Shown piece by piece: positions 42,706 through 52,072 of a stretch of 64,000 nt of DNA (position 1 is the first letter of the stretch; each line of letters begins with the position of its first letter). The notes under the pieces are model-generated. The model had not been told where the DNA came from. It did no database searches and worked only from the letters and a program-made list of their open reading frames with translations. Origin of the DNA: a virus; IMG/VR virus record IMGVR_UViG_3300031669_000021, positions 1-64,000 of that record; one strand, given 5' to 3'. The position numbers were made by a program, and so were the translations under genes.

Positions 42706-43558
42706 ATGTGGCCAAATACACCATGGAATAAGGGGAAAAAATTAGAAGGCGAAAAATATAAAGGTGGTAGGAAGAACAAAGGGAAGAAAAGATCAGCCCA
42801 GTTTAAGGAAAACGCTAAAAATATATCTTCACTAAGAAAGCACACAGAGGCCGAGAAACAAAAACTTAGAGACAGACCTAAAGAAATATATAAGAAACCC
42901 AAGGCTACTCCCATCGCAACAACTGAACTATGTCAGTATAATTGTGGCCAGATAGCAAAATATTCATTTGCTAATGGCAAATTGTGCTGCTCAACGAGTC
43001 ATAACTCTTGTCCCGGTAAGAAAAAACAGTTTTCAGATATGGATCACACTGAGAGAACCGCAAAATCATTGGCGACCCGTCTTGAAAAGGGAATTACTAA
43101 AAGTTGTCAGATAAAAGGCGCAGCGACTAGAAAAGCAGCTGGGTTTTACGAAAAACACGCCGATATTATGAGGCAACATTGGATAGATCATCCTTGGGAC
43201 AATAATACACAATGTCCTATATTACCGTATAAAAATATAGATCTCGTGTATCAAGGAACATATGAATTCGAATTCTTAGAAGGATTAGAAGAAAAGCACG
43301 GAATCGAGTGGATTAAACAAAATGTTCTCCGCGGCCCGTCGGTTTGGTATTTTGATTCAGAAGATAATACCAAAAGACTTTACATCAGTGACTTTATAAT
43401 ATACAATACTATATGAAATAAAATCTGGCTGGACGTGGAATAGACACGGCAAAGACCTAAAATTGGAAGCCAAGAATAAAGCAAAATTAAATCAATGCAT
43501 ATCTGAAGGATATAAAGTAATGTTGGTATTAGATAAGAAAGAAATAACATATGAGTAA
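42706..43558 (+). pseudogene. Vsr/DUF559-like PD-(D/E)xK homing-endonuclease-like gene interrupted by a +1 frameshift at 43411-43416
   Basis: Frame 1 ends ..RLYISDFIIYNTI-TGA; frame +1 continues YEIKSGWTWNRHGKDLKLEAKNKAKLNQCISEGYKVMLV, completing PDF-x-IEIKG-x-WH...D..K...L...G..V; N-terminal Cys cluster and PWNKGKK motifs match HNH gene 44516. Confidence 0.5.
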
Positions 43559-44480
43559 TATTAAGACTCTTTGGGTGGAAAAGTATAGACCAAATACATT
43601 AGATGGTTACGTTTTCAAAGACGTGTCACAAAAGCAGCAAATAGAATCCTGGATTAAAGACAAATCAATTCCTCACTTACTGTTCAGTGGTGCAGCAGGC
43701 ATTGGTAAAACTACACTTGCAAAGATATTAATTAATTCTCTTGACGTTGACGAGTATGATGTCAAGGAGATTAACGCGTCGCGCGAAAATAGCGTAGATC
43801 ACATGCGTGACGTTATTATCGGCTTTGTAAGCACAATGCCGTTCGGCAGCTTTAAAATTGTATTACTCGACGAAGCTGATTATCTATCTCCAAACGCGCA
43901 GGCTATCTTGCGTGGTGTTATGGAAACGTATGCAGAAACGGCTCGATTTATTCTAACGTGCAACTATCCAAACAAGATTATTCCAGCATTGCACAGTAGA
44001 TGTCAGGGATTCCACTTCGAAAAGATTGATCACACTGAATTTACTGCCCGAGCAGCGACTGTATTGCTAACAGAGAACATAGAGTTTGATATGGATGTAT
44101 TGGATGACTTTGTTCGTGTCACCTATCCAGACTTGCGTAAATGCCTTAATACATTGCAAATGCACAGCACAACAGGTAAATTAATTGCATCTGCAGCCAA
44201 TAGTTCTACATCTGATTACAAGTTAGAAATGGTTGATCTCTTTAAGAAGGGTAAGATACGCGAGGGTAGACAATTAGTTTGTGCTCAGGCTCGACCGGAA
44301 GAGATGGAAGACTTATTCAGGTTCTGTTACGATAACTTGGACTTATGGAGCAAGGACGTAGAGGGACAAGATCAGGCAATTATTATCATTCGCCAGGGGT
44401 TAGTTAATCATTCTTTATGCGCTGACAGTGAGGTGAATCTGAGTGCAACTCTATGTGAGTTGGCAATGATCGGCAAATAG
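43551..44480 (+). CDS. 44: clamp-loader ATPase subunit (T4 gp44 / RFC small-subunit-like)
   Basis: WVEKYRP RFC box, Walker A SGAAGIGKTT, Walker B LLDEAD, SRC motif. Confidence 0.85.
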   Translation: MSNIKTLWVEKYRPNTLDGYVFKDVSQKQQIESWIKDKSIPHLLFSGAAGIGKTTLAKILINSLDVDEYDVKEINASRENSVDHMRDVIIGFVSTMPFGSFKIVLLDEADYLSPNAQAILRGVMETYAETARFILTCNYPNKIIPALHSRCQGFHFEKIDHTEFTARAATVLLTENIEFDMDVLDDFVRVTYPDLRKCLNTLQMHSTTGKLIASAANSSTSDYKLEMVDLFKKGKIREGRQLVCAQARPEEMEDLFRFCYDNLDLWSKDVEGQDQAIIIIRQGLVNHSLCADSEVNLSATLCELAMIGK

Positions 44481-44515
44481 AGTAAGTTTAACTAAATAAC
44501 ATAAAGGAGAATATT

Positions 44516-45304
44516 ATGTTATGTAGATATGGATGTGGAAAAGAAGGAATTAGACAATTTAAAGATAAAACCTGGTGTTGCTCTCAAAATATAGGTCAAT
44601 GTTCTGAGATTGCACGACGAAGAGTTGCAACAAGAAAAGCAAAAGATGAACCTTGGCATTCTAAGAAAACCTGCGATAAAATAGGGAACGCAACGCGTGG
44701 TCGTGAATTATCTGAGGAATGGTGTCAAAATATTAGTAAAGCAACTAAAGGAAAAAGTAAAGGGCCGCAATCAGAAGAACACCGTCAAAATCTTGCTGCG
44801 GTAAGAAAAGGGAAAACCCCGTGGAATAAAGGATTGACTGTAGAAGATCCAAGAGTTGCATCTTATGTAGATAAGCAAACTGGACAGATACGGCAAGGAA
44901 ATTATATGTCGCCGACAAAATGGCAAGGTTCAGGAAATCCGTGGTATGGTAAAAACAGAAGTAAAGATAATAGTCCAAGATATAATGGAGAGCAGTATAA
45001 TAGAGAATTATCAGACTATCGACACAGGGTCATTTGGTTGTCAGAAATAACATATGAAAAATATAAAAATCAAATCAACCCAATGAATTATCCAAGAACA
45101 CTTGCTGGAGTTGATGGTGGGTTTCACTTAGATCATATCTATCCGATAGCAGAGGGATTTGATAACAATATACCACCCGAAATGTTGGCAGAATTAGAAA
45201 ATTTAAGATTGTTACCTTGGAGAGAGAATGTCGCTAAAAGTAAAAATCTGCTTGAAGAAATAATATCAGAATCAATTAAAACTTATTTAAAGGAAAATAA
45301 ATGA
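44516..45304 (+). CDS. HNH homing endonuclease with NUMOD3 motifs
   Basis: N-terminal CRYGCGKEG..CCSQNIGQC zinc cluster, PWNKG / HSEEHRQNL NUMOD3 motifs, C-terminal HLDHIYPIA..N HNH core. Confidence 0.65.
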   Translation: MLCRYGCGKEGIRQFKDKTWCCSQNIGQCSEIARRRVATRKAKDEPWHSKKTCDKIGNATRGRELSEEWCQNISKATKGKSKGPQSEEHRQNLAAVRKGKTPWNKGLTVEDPRVASYVDKQTGQIRQGNYMSPTKWQGSGNPWYGKNRSKDNSPRYNGEQYNRELSDYRHRVIWLSEITYEKYKNQINPMNYPRTLAGVDGGFHLDHIYPIAEGFDNNIPPEMLAELENLRLLPWRENVAKSKNLLEEIISESIKTYLKENK

Positions 45305-45831
45305 TACCAAAAAAAGTTTATATCGTAGCAAAATATTCAATGAAGCCTCGTCGCCCTGATCAGACTTTTAGGCCCGGTTACGTCAAAGGTGAAGGAAACA
45401 TGCAGTGGGATGAGCATGTTGACGTTACTGTTGGATTGAAGAACAGAGATTTAAGCATGGCGCAAATCATCATAAATATTAGTGAGCAGAAAGTAGTTAA
45501 AAACAGTTATGGCGGCGATAAGTCGTTCATGGAATTATTCCAATACTTTTACACTTCTTCTCCGCACGAGTTAAGTCAAGCTCTTAGAAACTGTGGAATT
45601 ACAGTGAGCGAACCAGAGGAACCAACAGATGAGCAATCAGTACAAGAAGATGTACCTAGCGAAGCCGAAGCGAGTGAGAGATCCGAATCTACCGCCGCCA
45701 CCGACGTTGCTGTCTCAAGTAAAACAACTACGGACAGTGGAGGAGAAGAGCCAGTTTGCGTTGTCGCAGACACAGCAACAGCAGGAACAGATCAACCAGC
45801 TGAAACGAGAACTACAGCAAGCCAACTATAG
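45301..45831 (+). CDS. hypothetical protein 176 aa with acidic Ser/Thr-rich tail
   Basis: track ORF; 3' third overlaps an alternative-frame coiled-coil ORF 45629-45871. Confidence 0.45.
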   Translation: MIPKKVYIVAKYSMKPRRPDQTFRPGYVKGEGNMQWDEHVDVTVGLKNRDLSMAQIIINISEQKVVKNSYGGDKSFMELFQYFYTSSPHELSQALRNCGITVSEPEEPTDEQSVQEDVPSEAEASERSESTAATDVAVSSKTTTDSGGEEPVCVVADTATAGTDQPAETRTTASQL

Positions 45832-45853
45832 AATTGATTTACTTACTAGTCAT

Positions 45854-46447
45854 TTAAGAAAGAGCAGGTAGTCTTTTGAGATGCTTGGAGTAATTAGCAG
45901 GATCGTAGGACTTTTGACAATGTAAGCAAGATATTTTGCCTGGTATTACGCCAGCACGATTCTTGCTTATTTTTTGACGACTTTCATCCGAGTGTGTTCT
46001 TAGTGCGCTCTTAGCGCCAATTTTGATTTTTGTTTCTTCTGATATTACAATGATCTGTTTTGCTCGCTTTTCTCGGATAATTTGCTTTGTTTCTTCCGTA
46101 TGAGAATGTCTTTTTCCCTTCATTGAAGCTGATCGCTTTGCATTTGATTCAGCTGATTGTGTTGCGCCAGACTGCCCGTCTCCGCCGTCTGTTTTATTTC
46201 GAAGTATTCCTGTGCCTACATCAATTCTACCATACCAACGGATCATTCTACGCTCTAATGCTAATGCACCGAGATTAGTCAGGCGTAATTCCAGGAATAC
46301 AATACCTGACTTATCCTTAGGCACAGGAACAGAGTGAACGTTGTATGCACGATTTCCCTTTCCTTTGCCGATATAATACGGTGTTCCTGCTTTTGCTGTT
46401 GCTGAGTCTTTACTTCTTAGATATGCATAGACGTAATAAATATTCAT
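45854..46447 (-). CDS. GIY-YIG homing endonuclease (minus strand) with NUMOD3 repeats
   Basis: [33 protein letters not shown] core; [38 protein letters not shown]3; SD GGAG. Confidence 0.7.
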   Translation of the reverse strand: MNIYYVYAYLRSKDSATAKAGTPYYIGKGKGNRAYNVHSVPVPKDKSGIVFLELRLTNLGALALERRMIRWYGRIDVGTGILRNKTDGGDGQSGATQSAESNAKRSASMKGKRHSHTEETKQIIREKRAKQIIVISEETKIKIGAKSALRTHSDESRQKISKNRAGVIPGKISCLHCQKSYDPANYSKHLKRLPALS

Positions 46448-46626
46448 GCTGACATTGCTCCATAATGTTAGGGCAGTTGGGACTTCCGATCCGCGAGCTG
46501 CACTATTATTTATCCAAATTCTATCGCATCGATTTGCTTACTAATTACCTTAGAAAGAATAAGTAGTCTCGTTACAGCCCACGTAAGTCATTGATTTATT
46601 GTGGGCTATTCTTTGACATAAAGTTC

Positions 46627-46654
46627 TTGACATTTCGGTTAAAGAGTGTATAAT
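46627..46654 (+). promoter_or_regulatory. sigma70-type early promoter, cassette copy
   Basis: TTGACATTTCGGTTAAAGAGTG-TATAATAGCATCATACAGTTAATAAAGAGAGC; second TTGACA at 46613. Confidence 0.6.
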
Positions 46655-46686
46655 AGCATCATACAGTTAATAAAGAGAGCGCACAA

Positions 46687-46926
46687 ATGAAAGCATACGG
46701 TAATCTAAAAAGGAATAAAGAAATGACTACTAACTGGTTCGGACTTGATCGTCACCAAACTGACGAATATATCGACTGGCGCGATTTTGATCGAGTAGCG
46801 AAAGCAGCTAAACTTCGTGCAGCATACGACAAAATCATTGCTTCTGGTCTTGAAGCCGAACTGAAGGTTATTTCAGAGGCAGCATATTATCAAGGCAAAT
46901 TCGACGCGTCGCGCAAACAATCCTGA
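46687..46926 (+). CDS. hypothetical protein 79 aa
   Basis: ORF right after cassette leader. Confidence 0.5.
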   Translation: MKAYGNLKRNKEMTTNWFGLDRHQTDEYIDWRDFDRVAKAAKLRAAYDKIIASGLEAELKVISEAAYYQGKFDASRKQS

Positions 46927-46965
46927 TATATAAATTAATTTCTAAGATCACTGTTTAGGATATAA

Positions 46966-47628
46966 GTGACACAAGATATGATAAAAATACCAGCCCCTGA
47001 TAACGTCAGCAATGAAGAATTAATTGAGGTACTAAAGACCATCTGTATCAGTAAGGCAGATGGCAACAAGAGTTGGTATCTAAATGATCAACGACACAGA
47101 GTTGATGGACCAGCAATTGAATATGCAGATGGCGCAAAGCATTGGTATCTAAATAATCAATTACACAGAATTGATGGACCAGCAATTGAATATGCAGATG
47201 GCACAAAGAGTTGGTATCTAAATAATCAACGACACAGAGTTGATGGACCAGCAATTGAAGATGCAGATGGCGCAAAGCATTGGTATCTAAATAATCAATT
47301 ACACAGAATTGATGGACCAGCAATTGAAGATGCAGATGGCAGCAAACATTGGTTTCTAAATGATCAACGACACAGAGTTGATGGGCCAGCAATTGAATAT
47401 TCAAATGGCACAAAGAGTTGGTATCTAAATGGTCAACGACACAGAGTTGATGGACCAGCAATTGAATATGCAGATGGCAGCAAATGTTGGTATCTAAATA
47501 ATCAATTACACAGAGTTGATGGACCAGCAATTGAATATGCAGATGGCAGCAAATGTTGGTATCTAAATGGTCATGAGATCACCGAAGAAGAATTCAATAG
47601 AAGAACAAAACCATATTCGCGACGATGA
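46966..47628 (+). CDS. MORN-like repeat protein, second paralog (approx 8 repeats)
   Basis: Same DGPAIEYADGxKxWYLNxQxHRV 23-aa repeats as 171-782; shared N-terminus PDNVSNEELIEVLKTIC. Confidence 0.6.
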   Translation: MTQDMIKIPAPDNVSNEELIEVLKTICISKADGNKSWYLNDQRHRVDGPAIEYADGAKHWYLNNQLHRIDGPAIEYADGTKSWYLNNQRHRVDGPAIEDADGAKHWYLNNQLHRIDGPAIEDADGSKHWFLNDQRHRVDGPAIEYSNGTKSWYLNGQRHRVDGPAIEYADGSKCWYLNNQLHRVDGPAIEYADGSKCWYLNGHEITEEEFNRRTKPYSRR

Positions 47629-47924
47629 ATAACATAAAAACATTTCTACTTATTCTGATACAACGAAAAAGAATCCTCGAAATTGAAGGAGTATTTGTTC
47701 CTCAATATTTAAGTTTTCCTTCTTGGCGGGGAATTGATAAACATGATTTGGATGAGAGCTGGGCAGCCTTCGAGTTTCAAGCAACACACTGTGGCTTGCC
47801 GACGATACAAGCAGCACAAGAACGAATGTATGAGTATCTCACACATAAGAAAAAACCTAAAAAAATAGTTCATGCCATTGATCCAGAAGCATGGGTCGCA
47901 CTTAAAAAGAAAAATCATGAATGA
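47625..47924 (+). CDS. hypothetical protein 99 aa
   Basis: track ORF; ATGA overlap. Confidence 0.45.
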   Translation: MNNIKTFLLILIQRKRILEIEGVFVPQYLSFPSWRGIDKHDLDESWAAFEFQATHCGLPTIQAAQERMYEYLTHKKKPKKIVHAIDPEAWVALKKKNHE

Positions 47925-48543
47925 ACCAAAAACAATAGACGAGATTGGCCCATACTTTATTGAGGCAATGAATAAAGTAGGCCCAAAAGTGACTGGGCTT
48001 GCTTGGGATGTTGTTTGGTCTAACAAAGTAAGCAATTCGCATTCTGCACCGCGCGGCTATAAAACTAACTTTATGCGAGATGAGAATAAGCCAACAAGTT
48101 ATCCGGGTTGGGTAGGCAGAGTATGGATTCGCTTTAAAGACCGCCCAGATTTTATGCGTCTAAGCACTAAGATGGGAATAAATGGCGTTCATCCAGGAAC
48201 TGGTGGTAGCGGAGGATATGATGGCCCATGGAACCAAATTTCTCACATCTCCTACTTAGCGGGAGTTCACTATTACGACGGCCCACATTGCTTCAGCTGG
48301 GACGTTAAAATATTTGACTTTGATTGGCCTACTGTAGATGAGGGGAAAATTGCTAAAGAAGAATACGACAAACAGCTCAAAGAATACGAAGAAGCAACAA
48401 CTTGGGCAATACTAAAACGTACATATCTTGAGCCGTTCTCGTTTAAATCGCCTGCTCATAAATTTTCTTGGACTGACCCAAACGTTCTTCTCGACGATAC
48501 TAAGTTTATTGACGATTATCTTGCGTCGGTAAAAACTACTTAG
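47917..48543 (+). CDS. hypothetical protein approx 208 aa
   Basis: ATG 47917 overlapping previous stop (ATGAATGA). Confidence 0.5.
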   Translation: MNEPKTIDEIGPYFIEAMNKVGPKVTGLAWDVVWSNKVSNSHSAPRGYKTNFMRDENKPTSYPGWVGRVWIRFKDRPDFMRLSTKMGINGVHPGTGGSGGYDGPWNQISHISYLAGVHYYDGPHCFSWDVKIFDFDWPTVDEGKIAKEEYDKQLKEYEEATTWAILKRTYLEPFSFKSPAHKFSWTDPNVLLDDTKFIDDYLASVKTT

Positions 48544-48545
48544 TT

Positions 48546-49010
48546 CTAATGTGAAGCAGAGTCTCTTGGTTTTTTTCTTTGTTCTACAATACTTTCTAGA
48601 TGGCTAACGTGCGATGATAACCGAGCATTCTCAACTGCAACCCTGTTCATCTCATTGCGGGATTGTTCTAAGCTTGTGCCTAATCTTTCAACCAATACTT
48701 TTAATTCGGTAACTTGAACAGATAAGAACTGAACTTCAGCTCCCAACTTTCCGACTAAGCTGACTGCTTCGTTTCTTTCTGCTTCAATTGCAATAATTCT
48801 TGCTACAGTCCTGTCTCGATCTTCTCTAATTTCATCTCGTTCTTTCTTATATGTTTCTAACATATTAGAATACTCTTTATCTTCTTTGGCCGACTTAATA
48901 TCTGTTGCCATACGACGACGAATAATCGAGATGCCATAGGCGATAACGACACCAACTGCTGGTGCGCCAACTGCCCAAGAAACTATGTTATTTGCTAGAT
49001 CTGATTGCAT
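48546..49010 (-). CDS. membrane-anchored coiled-coil protein (minus strand)
   Basis: N-terminal TM IVSWAVGAPAVGVVIAYGISII then long coiled coil; 154 aa. Confidence 0.45.
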   Translation of the reverse strand: MQSDLANNIVSWAVGAPAVGVVIAYGISIIRRRMATDIKSAKEDKEYSNMLETYKKERDEIREDRDRTVARIIAIEAERNEAVSLVGKLGAEVQFLSVQVTELKVLVERLGTSLEQSRNEMNRVAVENARLSSHVSHLESIVEQRKKPRDSASH

Positions 49011-49232
49011 ATAGATATTTATCCTGACTAATACTTAATACTTATCTTACACAATGTCTTAGAATACTCGCATTATTACTATAAAATTATCATTTACGGG
49101 CTAAAACCGTATCTGGTCAGTGAAAGTTGGGAAAACCCAAGCGTATGTATGTGGCCTCGTATTAGGAGCAAAGAGTACAGCTATTCTTTTCATTCTTTGC
49201 TCCCCTGATAATTAAATGTACTAATTTAAGTC

Positions 49233-49973
49233 CTAAATCTCTCCGTAAAGCTTGAGTACTTCTTCTACAACTGGATGACGTTGTATATCTTTCCCTGAGA
49301 ATGTTACCATGCAAATTGCATCGCTGCTACTACGCGATAACCGCTCAGTGAAATCCTTAAGTCCGTTATCCTTAGCAAATAACTTATCGTGCTGGTTAAT
49401 GTCACCAGTGATAATCATTTTGGATTCGTCCCCTAATCTTGTTAACACCATCTTCATTGAATTAACACTTGTATTTTGTGCTTCATCAACAATAATAACT
49501 GCTTTCTTAAATGTTCTACCACGCAACATCGAGAGCGCAGCTAATTCAAGTGTCTCATCTTCCAACATACGCTTTAAATCTATAGGAGAATAATGCTCCT
49601 TAAAGATATCCATAACCGGAATTGCCCAAGGTAATAGTTTCTCAAGTAATGTTCCCGGTAAGAAGCCATGCTTTTCGTCGTCTACTCCTACTGCCGGACG
49701 AGTAATAATGATCTTATTGATTTGTCCGTTTTTTAGAGCCTTTATTGCAGATAAGACAGCTAACATAGTCTTGCCTGTTCCTGCTGGGCCAGTTGCAAAG
49801 ACTACCTTCTTCTCTGGATCTGTCAGCATATCAATATATTCTCTTTGCTTCTCACTCTTAGGGTGCAACGATACCGTTTTTCTTTGTTCAACAAAAGTCT
49901 TAAAGCTAAACACGTTGTCTAGCTCTGGGTGTTTCCGTCCTCCTCTATTTGGCTTTTGACTCTGTACTAACAT
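49233..49973 (-). CDS. phoH: PhoH-family ATPase
   Basis: Walker A GPAGTGKTMLAV, RPAV, FLPG, Walker B IIVDEAQN; start set at ATG 49971-49973 behind GGAG; track extends to TTG 50024. Confidence 0.75.
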   Translation of the reverse strand: MLVQSQKPNRGGRKHPELDNVFSFKTFVEQRKTVSLHPKSEKQREYIDMLTDPEKKVVFATGPAGTGKTMLAVLSAIKALKNGQINKIIITRPAVGVDDEKHGFLPGTLLEKLLPWAIPVMDIFKEHYSPIDLKRMLEDETLELAALSMLRGRTFKKAVIIVDEAQNTSVNSMKMVLTRLGDESKMIITGDINQHDKLFAKDNGLKDFTERLSRSSSDAICMVTFSGKDIQRHPVVEEVLKLYGEI

Positions 49974-50179
49974 CTCATACTCCTGACCCTGCATTTTGTG
50001 TGTACTTCTACGGTTTCTGGACAATGAACTACTCCTTTAAGTTATGTGTGGTTTTGTATTCCACTAAAATATTTAAGGCATTAAGAGGTAAAGCAATAAC
50101 ACAGCATATAAGTTTGGATAAAACCACTAAATAGTAGACTACCCCAACCAATTATTTTACTTCTGAATCTCACTTTCAA

Positions 50180-50192
50180 CTAAATACATATA
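50180..50192 (+). promoter_or_regulatory. T4-type late promoter box
   Basis: CTAAATACATATA, 22 nt before ATG 50209. Confidence 0.4.
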
Positions 50193-50208
50193 TTACTTTG
50201 GAGCAACA

Positions 50209-50787
50209 ATGAGTCAATCCATAAAAGATGCATTAGAAAACGTTAAAGAAATCTTTATGAGTGATAGCGCACTTGCTACCTTACTCGATTATGAGCGCGT
50301 CATTGACGAGCTAGATGTTTATGCCTTTGCAAATTGGAAGAAGGGCGAGTTAGTCAAAGGGCCAGACTACGAGAAATACTTCGTAACCTGCACTTGGATG
50401 TTCCCATATAGCTTAATGCCTGACCCAAGAGGTGGAGAACAGTTACTCAATTATAACTGTCAAGTTACCTACAAGAAAGACATGCTAGAATATCCAGTCA
50501 AGCCAAAATCTCCTAAAGATTTTAAGCCTGGTACCAAAATAGCTAAGACAACAAAAGTGCCAATTTGGCTTGTAACAATCACAATGCCTAAGAGTTTGAT
50601 GGATGATATTGAGAAAGGATCTGTCGAGATTGAAGATGAAAACATTGATCTAGAAGACGTAAATCAAGCATACGAAACCGGGGCAGACGAAACAGAGAAT
50701 ACTAACCAAGAACCAGGAATGGGACAAGGCTTAGGTCAAGAACAAGGAATGGGCGGAGAAGAATATGCACAGCAACCACCACAGTAA
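50209..50787 (+). CDS. hypothetical protein 192 aa with Gly/Gln-rich acidic tail
   Basis: track ORF. Confidence 0.5.
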   Translation: MSQSIKDALENVKEIFMSDSALATLLDYERVIDELDVYAFANWKKGELVKGPDYEKYFVTCTWMFPYSLMPDPRGGEQLLNYNCQVTYKKDMLEYPVKPKSPKDFKPGTKIAKTTKVPIWLVTITMPKSLMDDIEKGSVEIEDENIDLEDVNQAYETGADETENTNQEPGMGQGLGQEQGMGGEEYAQQPPQ

Positions 50788-50806
50788 TTTAGCTGAAGGT
50801 ATAGAG

Positions 50807-51340
50807 ATGGGCGACTTAGCTCGTCTTGTTCAACCTTTAATGTCAATCGACGAATTCCGTAGCAAGATGGGCGAGGATAAGGACATCGTCGTCGTTGGCA
50901 TGACCGTACTAGGCAAAGAACCTGCAGATGATATCGTAAGCTTTGTTGAGAAGAGCTATGATTGGGTATTAGATGCTGACGTTTCTAGTGGTGAGACATC
51001 AGACGGTAACTATATGGTATTCATTGAATTGCAACGCAAACCAGAAGCACCAAAACACATTTACGAAATGCTTGAAGATTTAATGAATCTAACTGATCAA
51101 AAAACAGAAGACTGGACATTTAGCTATTATAACAAAGATGATAAGCTGCCTGTTACAATAAAGAACTTAGAAGACAAAGTTATTACCTCTCCTGAAGAAT
51201 ATGAAGCAAAAACAAGCAACGATTTAGAAGAAAGCATAGCCCTTAATAATCTTCGCGCAGCGGCCGGAGTTCGCATTCAACCGAAAAAAACCACTGATAT
51301 GGAAATCTTGAATATTCAAATCCAAGCTGGTATCAGATAA
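50807..51340 (+). CDS. hypothetical acidic protein approx 177 aa
   Basis: first ATG in frame after previous stop. Confidence 0.45.
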   Translation: MGDLARLVQPLMSIDEFRSKMGEDKDIVVVGMTVLGKEPADDIVSFVEKSYDWVLDADVSSGETSDGNYMVFIELQRKPEAPKHIYEMLEDLMNLTDQKTEDWTFSYYNKDDKLPVTIKNLEDKVITSPEEYEAKTSNDLEESIALNNLRAAAGVRIQPKKTTDMEILNIQIQAGIR

Positions 51341-51366
51341 TTTTTAATTCAGTCCTATCGTCGATA

Positions 51367-51379
51367 TATAAATACTTTA
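51367..51379 (+). promoter_or_regulatory. T4-type late promoter box
   Basis: TATAAATACTTTA, near-perfect TATAAATACTATT; 61 nt upstream of endolysin ATG. Confidence 0.45.
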
Positions 51380-51435
51380 ATAAGAGTACTCAAGTAACGC
51401 CTGTCGTTCCAGAGGAAAATACTAAGGATAAACAT

Positions 51436-52071
51436 ATGACACTTAATTTCACCTTCACGGTTGACCAACTACAGAAGATAATTCCTACAGACACTAACGT
51501 AGATGCTTGGTTTACAGCACTAAACAACAATCTCGCAGCTTATAACATTGATACAGAATTAAGAGTAGCTGGATTCTTATCTCAGTGTGCTCATGAATCA
51601 GGTGATTTTAACCATTTACATGAGAATCTTAACTACAGTGCTTCAGCATTACTTGCTGTTTGGCCAAGTCATTTTAGCTCTAACACAGTTGACCAATATG
51701 CTCGTAATCCAGAAAAGATTGCTAACTGTGCTTATGCAAATCGTATGGGGAACGGAGACGAAGCGAGCGGTGATGGATGGAAATTCCATGGTCGTGGCCC
51801 TATTCAAATTACAGGCAAGGCTAATTATGCGGCATTTAGCACGTTTGTCTACAATGACTTGCGTATATTAGATACGCCCGAGCTATTAGAAACCGATTTA
51901 GATATAGCTGTTCAAAGTGCATGTTGGTTTTGGGAATCACACTCCATAAATCAGTTTGCAGATGCAGGTGATGTTCTAAACATGACGAAGAGAATTAATG
52001 GCGGCACAATTGGATTGCCAGATAGAACAGCTCGTTATAATAACGCTATTGCAGTCCTACAAGGAGCATAA
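51436..52071 (+). CDS. endolysin, glycoside hydrolase family 19
   Basis: FLSQCAHESGDF and FHGRGPIQITGKANY GH19 catalytic signatures. Confidence 0.8.
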   Translation: MTLNFTFTVDQLQKIIPTDTNVDAWFTALNNNLAAYNIDTELRVAGFLSQCAHESGDFNHLHENLNYSASALLAVWPSHFSSNTVDQYARNPEKIANCAYANRMGNGDEASGDGWKFHGRGPIQITGKANYAAFSTFVYNDLRILDTPELLETDLDIAVQSACWFWESHSINQFADAGDVLNMTKRINGGTIGLPDRTARYNNAIAVLQGA

Positions 52072-52072
52072 T

